Source: Hydrurus foetidus
Lineage: Eukaryota
Direction of reading: 5' to 3'
NCBI GenBank assembly: GCA_900617105.1
Contig: UYFQ01000134.1
Span: 1-64,000 of the forward strand
DNA length: 64,000 nt
Shown: positions 58,205-64,000 of the stretch, piece by piece
Position numbering within the stretch: position 1 is the first letter of the stretch
Layout of the letters: each line of letters begins with the position of its first letter
The notes under the pieces: model-generated
What the model saw: only the letters and a program-made list of their open reading frames with translations
Databases searched by the model: none
What the model was told of the DNA's origin: nothing
Position numbers and translations under genes: made by a program

Positions 58205-61200
58205 CTAATCTTCTTCGTCATCCGTCTCCCCGTCTAGAGAGTCCATGTCGACTGCTTTGTCTGCATCATCCATGGAGAGGAAGTTGCCTGACTCGTCCAC
58301 TATCACCATATCAAGCATGCGCATGAAGTGTTTGAAGGACTTCAGAGACACTCTGCCATTCTTTATTTCAATACGGGCGATGTAGCTGTCTATTGCTTCC
58401 TGTGTGGCGAGGTCAGCTTCTATCAGCTCTTGTAGCTCGTCCCACTTCCTCAGCGCCTTCTCGGTGATGTAGTCCTTGCCTTTGCTCAACTCCTCGAACT
58501 ATCGTGACAGGACAGTGAAGTAAGAAGTGAGAGAAGTGTTTGTCACAACGCGGTACAGCAGATATCATTACACATGGCGTGCGTTGCAGTGATGCGTACG
58601 CACCATCTCCATGACTTCTTCGTCTTCTTCATCGTCCTCCTCCAGGTCATCTTGCATGGCCCTTATGGCGGCATCCCCTTCAGCAGCACCAGCGCCATTC
58701 TTGTTGCTCAAATATGTGATCTTAAGATTGTCCTCCCCCTCGTCATCGCCAATTAGCCCATCGACCATGCTCATGACGGCATCAACATTGGTGTCTTTGT
58801 CGATCGTGATCTTGTTCTCGAACACGACATCGCTCTGCTCAGCTGGTAGCTTCTCGCGGTCAACAAACTCGTCAATCACTTGCAGCAGCTTGTAGAACTA
58901 CGAAACAAAAATATCCACGATCAGACCAATTGATGGGTGAGAGAGCAATTGAAACATGAGATGTGTCGTACCTTTTCGAATTCAATGCCGTCCTGCTCGA
59001 CAGACACTCCGGCATTTTCAATGGCTGTTGCGAGGTCATCTTTGGAGAGAGCCCCCACCTCCAACAGCTCCTGCACGTCCTCCCACTGCAAGAAGTCCAC
59101 AAGGGTTATCCTGTCGGAGCCGTCTACTAGCAGCTCTTCGAAAGCTTGACGTGCCGCCTCTTCTTCAGTCAAGGTCTCAAAATCTCCTCCACTCTCATCA
59201 TCGCCCCAGTTCTCCTCTTCCTCCTCCTCGTCATCACCATTGAGGACAGAGCTTTTCTTTGAAGTCTCGAAGCGCTTGTCCTTGCCGGACGCTTCTTCTT
59301 CGTACTCGTACTTCAAGTTGCTGTCGTCCACTGAGCCCTGGATAATGTCGATCAGCTGCATAAATTGCGGCAGTGTGATCTCTCCTGTCTCTAGGGATCC
59401 AATTTTAACGAGTGCTTTCTCGAGAGAACTTCTCTTCAGCGATCCACTACACAGAGAAAGAGAAAGACAAAATCTTGAGGTCCAGGGCGAGATGGCGTAT
59501 TCATAGGTGATGAATCGATTGCATGTCTGAAGGGTTCACCTTTCTATCATCTCCTGCATGTCTTCCCACTCCTTCAAGGCCTCCACTGAAACGGTTTTGC
59601 GCTGTCAATACAAGTGGTTGATGGGTGTGAGCATAAGATCGTATGAAAGAGAAGAAGATTCTGTGCAATTCATTGTAATGCAATACGTTGCACTGTGATA
59701 GAGCGAGTCACCTTCCCCCTCAGATCGTCAAATATCTCTTCCGTGATGGCAGTGGCCTCGCTCTTTTTCTCCTTTACGACAACAGGCACCTTGACAGTCA
59801 CTTTCTTCGGTGCCTCAACAACAGGCGCTGTTATTGCAGGCTCGGAAGATCTAGCAAACCCCTTGCCAGATACGTTCATGACAGGTCCGGAGTTGTCTTC
59901 CTCCTTGATATCCACACCCTCATCCATTGCCACTTCGAGCATCTCAATCAGCTCCTTGAACTTCTCGAAATCCAGCTCGGAGCCAAACTTCTTAATCACG
60001 CTGTTGAGCATTCCCTTGGAGAGCTCCCCACTGTCAAGGGCTTCAGCCACACTGGTCCAGTTCTTGATTTTCTTCGTGGACATGAGACCAGTTTTGGGGT
60101 TCTTCAATCCATCAAATATCTCACGTGTCATTTCTTCCTCTTCTTCAGGACTCATATCGATACCATCATCGTCTTCGTCTAAATCTGCTGCTGCTTTGTC
60201 TGCAGCAGCATCAGAAGCTGACTCAAGGAGGTTCACTAGCTGCCAGAACTGATCGAATGTGAGTGTCTGGGATTTCTCTGCTCCGACTTCTTTAATCAAC
60301 ATCTCCACAGTGCTCTTCTTAATGATGCCCTGCTCTATGAGTTCTGTCACGTCCTCCCACGCCTGAAACGCTTTCACGCTGAGCAACTTGTCCTGCGTGT
60401 TATTGTAATACATCACATCACAATATCTTACATTAAGATATGAAAGACTGATGTGGCAGTACTGGTAAAATTCAATGACTGGTGAGCAGAGATGTATAGA
60501 ATTGTTAACATACCTTTCCCTTGAGACCCTGGTAGATCTCATTGGCGATTTCATCAACACCCTCGTCGTCAATTCCGTCAAGAACATTTCTCTCGTTTCT
60601 CTCCTCTTCTATCTCTTTGTCGATCTCCTCTCTCTCTTCTAGTGTCGCGCTCACGATCTTGGCGGAGGAGGTGTCTTCATCCTTATCATCCTCGTCTGAC
60701 ATGATGGTGTCCATTCCCTGCCCTTGCCCATCGCCCATCGCGGTGACGGTTTCTTCGAGGAGGTTGATGAGGTCCGAGAACTGTTTGTAGGAGAGGTCTC
60801 CCTTCCTGTTCTTGTTCGCACCGACCTCTTCCAGCAAGATGTCGATGGTAGCATCATCCAACAGCTCTTCGTCCTGAATGTTGTCCCATGAAAGGAAAGT
60901 CGCGACTGAAAGGGTCTTCTTTGAGCCCTTGAGGGTGTCAAAGAGATCTCTCGTCATTTCTTCCACTTCCTCAGGGGTCATCTCCTCCTCTTCGTCGCTG
61001 CCGTCACCACCGATGTCATCTCCGTCGAGCTCGAGACGGTCCTCATCATCCCCTTCCCTCTCACTGTCTCTAGGACTCATCTCTTCGCTGTCATCTTCCT
61101 CACCCGCCACCTCGTCCAACAGCTCCACCAGGGCCTTGAACATGGGGTACGTCAGATCTTGACCTTTCTCGCAACCCACCTTAGAAGCGAGGCTGTTGAT

Positions 61201-64000
61201 TTCCTTCTCATCGATGATCTTCGTGTCCAGCATCTCGACAATATCTTCCCACTTCTTAAACGCCTTCAGTGACAGCGCCTTTCCCTTGCCTTTCAGCTCG
61301 GAATAAACTTCGCGCAACATTTCATCAACTTCTTCGTCGTTAAGATCCTCGAAATCGTCCATGCTCTCGTCCGCTTCCTTGCCGAACCCCTTCGATGAGG
61401 GCAAGATCTCAGCATCATCCTCTTCATCATTCATCTCGTCCGCATCCTCCGCAATACCGTCTAGCTGACTCACCACCTCGTAGAACTGGTCGAAGTCAAG
61501 CACCTTTTTGCCATCAGCTGCCTCGGAGATGATCTCCATGATCTCCTCCTTGGTCACCACCTCATCAGCGATCATGTCCTTCACGTCCCCCCACGCCATG
61601 AACGCCGCCACGGACACCTTCTTGTCTTTGCCGCGCAGCTCGTCGAAGAGCTCCTTGGCCACTTCTTTGAGATCTTCTTCGTCCAGCTCTTCGTCAGCGT
61701 CAGCGTCGCCATCGATCTCGTCGGCATCCTCAGAATTATCCATGTCTGTCTCGTCGTCGTCAGCATCGTCGCCCATGCTGTCCATGTCCTTTACTATATC
61801 GAAGAACTGATCGAAGTCGAGGCTCTTCAGTCCGGCTAGCTTGGTGTTCAGGTACTCTTTCGTGACGGAGCCGTCAGCGAGTAGCTCCTTGACGTCCTCC
61901 CAGTTCATGAAGTCAGCCACAGGCAGCAGTTTCTTTTTGCCTCTCAGCTCGTCAAACAGCTCCAATGCAACCTCTTTCATCGTGTCGTCGTCCATCTCGT
62001 CCGCATCCTCCGCGATACCGTCTAGCTGACTCACCACCTCGTAGAACTGGTCGAAGTCAAGCACCTTCTTACCATCAGCTGCCTCGGAGATGATCTCCAT
62101 GATCTCCTCCTTGGTCACCACCTCATCAGCGATCATGTCCTTCACGTCCCCCCACGCCATGAACGCCGCCACGGACACCTTCTTGTCTTTGCCGCGCAGC
62201 TCGTCGAAGAGCTCCTTGGCCACTTCTTTGAGATCTTCTTCGTCCAGCTCTTCGTCAGCGTCAGCGTCGCCATCGATCTCGTCGGCATCCTCAGAATTAT
62301 CCATGTCTGTCTCGTCGTCATCAGCGCCTTCGAGATAGAGATTGCCTTGCACGGCTGTCTTGTCGAGTTTGGTGGCGATCATGTAGAACTCCTCAAAGTT
62401 CACTTGTTTCTTGCTTCCCGCGACACTCACAACGATGTCTTCGAGCTGTTCGGGAGTGATGACTCTGTCTTCGAGCATTTCCAACACGCCTGCCGACACC
62501 TTCAGATCCTTCACTTGCACCTTGTCGTTCAGTCCTCGTAGTAAGTCGAAACCGTCAGCAGCAACTGCACGACGAACTTCTACACTGGGCTGGTTCTTGT
62601 CGTCGTCATCACCCTCTGACTCCTCCATGATGGTTTCCTCGTCCTCAGCCACCTCGTCCAGAGAAGACACCAAGTTGTAGAACTGCTCGAAGTCGATGTG
62701 CTTGCTGGAACCCACCACGTCTGTGATCATGGCGTCCAGGTCCTTCAGCGTTATCAGCTCGTTCTCCACGAGCTCGGTGACGTCGGACCAGGACTTGAAG
62801 GCCTTCACGGTCAGCTTGGCGCTCTCTCCCTTCAGCTCTTCGAACAACTCGAGCGCCACCTCCTTCATCGTCTCGTCGTCCTCTCCCTCTACCTCGTCCT
62901 CTGCCTCCGAATCGAGCTGGAGAACCATTTTGGTTTTCTGTGCAGGAGGAGGAGTAACGGATGACTTAACAGCAGGTTTCACGATTGATGAGGCAGGAGC
63001 AGCGACGATTTCTTCGTCTTCATCCTCGTCATCTTCGTCGTAATCAATGTAATCTTCCTCATCCTCTCCCTCAGCAATTTCATCTAACTGACCAACTACT
63101 TGATAGAACTGGTCGAAGTCAAGCACCTTTTTGCCATCAGCTGCCTCGGAGATGATCTCCATAATCTCCTCCTTGGTCACCACCTCATCAGCGATCATGT
63201 CCTTCACGTCCCCCCACGCCATGAACGCCGCCACGGACACCTTCTTGTCTTTGCCGCGCAGCTCGTCGAAGAGCTCCTTGGCCACTTCTTTGAGATCTTC
63301 TTCGTCCAGCTCTTCGTCAGCGTCAGCGTCGCCATCGATCTCGTCGGCATCCTCAGAATTATCCATGTCTGTCTCGTCGTCATCAGCATCGTCGCCCATG
63401 CTGTCCATGTCCTTTACTATATCGAAGAACTGATCGAAGTCGAGGCTCTTCAGTCCGGCTAGCTTGGTGTTCAGGTACTCTTTCGTGACGGAGCCGTCAG
63501 CGAGTAGCTCCTTGACGTCCTCCCAGTTCATGAAGTCAGCCACAGGCAGCAGTTTCTTTTTGCCTCTCAGCTCGTCAAACAGCTCCAATGCAACCTCTTT
63601 CATCGTGTCGTCGTCCATCTCGTCCGCATCCTCCGCGATACCGTCTAGCTGACTCACCACCTCGTAGAACTGGTCGAAGTCAAGCACCTTTTTGCCATCA
63701 GCTGCCTCGGAGATGATCTCCATAATCTCCTCCTTGGTCACCACCTCATCAGCGATCATGTCCTTCACGTCCCCCCACGCCATGAACGCCGCCACGGACA
63801 CCTTCTTGTCTTTGCCGCGCAGCTCGTCGAAGAGCTCCTTGGCCACTTCTTTGAGATCTTCTTCGTCCAGCTCTTCATCAGCGTCAGCGTCGCCATCGAT
63901 CTCGTCGGCATCCTCAGAATTATCCATGTCTGTCTCGTCGTCGTCAGCATCGTCGCCCATGCTGTCCATGTCCTTTACTATATCGAAGAACTGATCGAAG
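58205..64000 (-). CDS. Very large acidic protein made of ~15+ EF-hand-pair-like modules; 5' end outside the window; at least 6 exons
   Basis: Module ELFDELRG..VSV..F..W.DV..M.....LDFDQF separated by D/E-rich linkers. Exons joined by GT-AG introns. DNA-level repeats at offsets 561 and 1623 bp. Confidence 0.85.

Noticed and set aside
58574..63994. Ser-rich plus-strand ORFs
   Set aside because: Antisense shadows of the Asp/Glu-rich minus-strand gene.

Overview
Eukaryotic nuclear DNA with GT-AG spliceosomal introns, probably from an ochrophyte/stramenopile alga (inferred from a signal-peptide-plus-Phe plastid-type presequence and a mitochondrion-type presequence on pyruvate kinase). About 1-21.3 kb and 26.6-45.6 kb are dense, nested transposable elements. 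These are two Ty3/Gypsy chromodomain retrotransposons, a PIF/Harbinger, a large hAT-like transposase element, two pogo-like DDD transposons, several MITE/foldback elements, and a 15.4-kb P-element-like transposon carrying a Gypsy insertion and a ~184-bp satellite. Host genes are a 3-KH-domain RNA-binding protein, a HAD hydrolase, an intron-containing WecD-WecE fusion, an APH/hydroxylysine-kinase-like protein, pyruvate kinase and a very large acidic EF-hand-like repeat protein. Four observations stand out. (1) A pogo-like DD38-39D transposon group appears to make 4-bp, sequence-variable target duplications (TATA, CACC, GATC, AATA) instead of TA. (2) The P-like element has inward-facing TATA boxes in its TIRs and two convergent genes that look like a split P transposase. 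(3) Two divergent Gypsy elements share a covarying multi-stem RNA structure in their 3' UTRs. (4) Two bacterial-type sugar-nucleotide enzymes are fused in a spliced eukaryotic gene. All family assignments come from motif recognition by eye; no searches were run.
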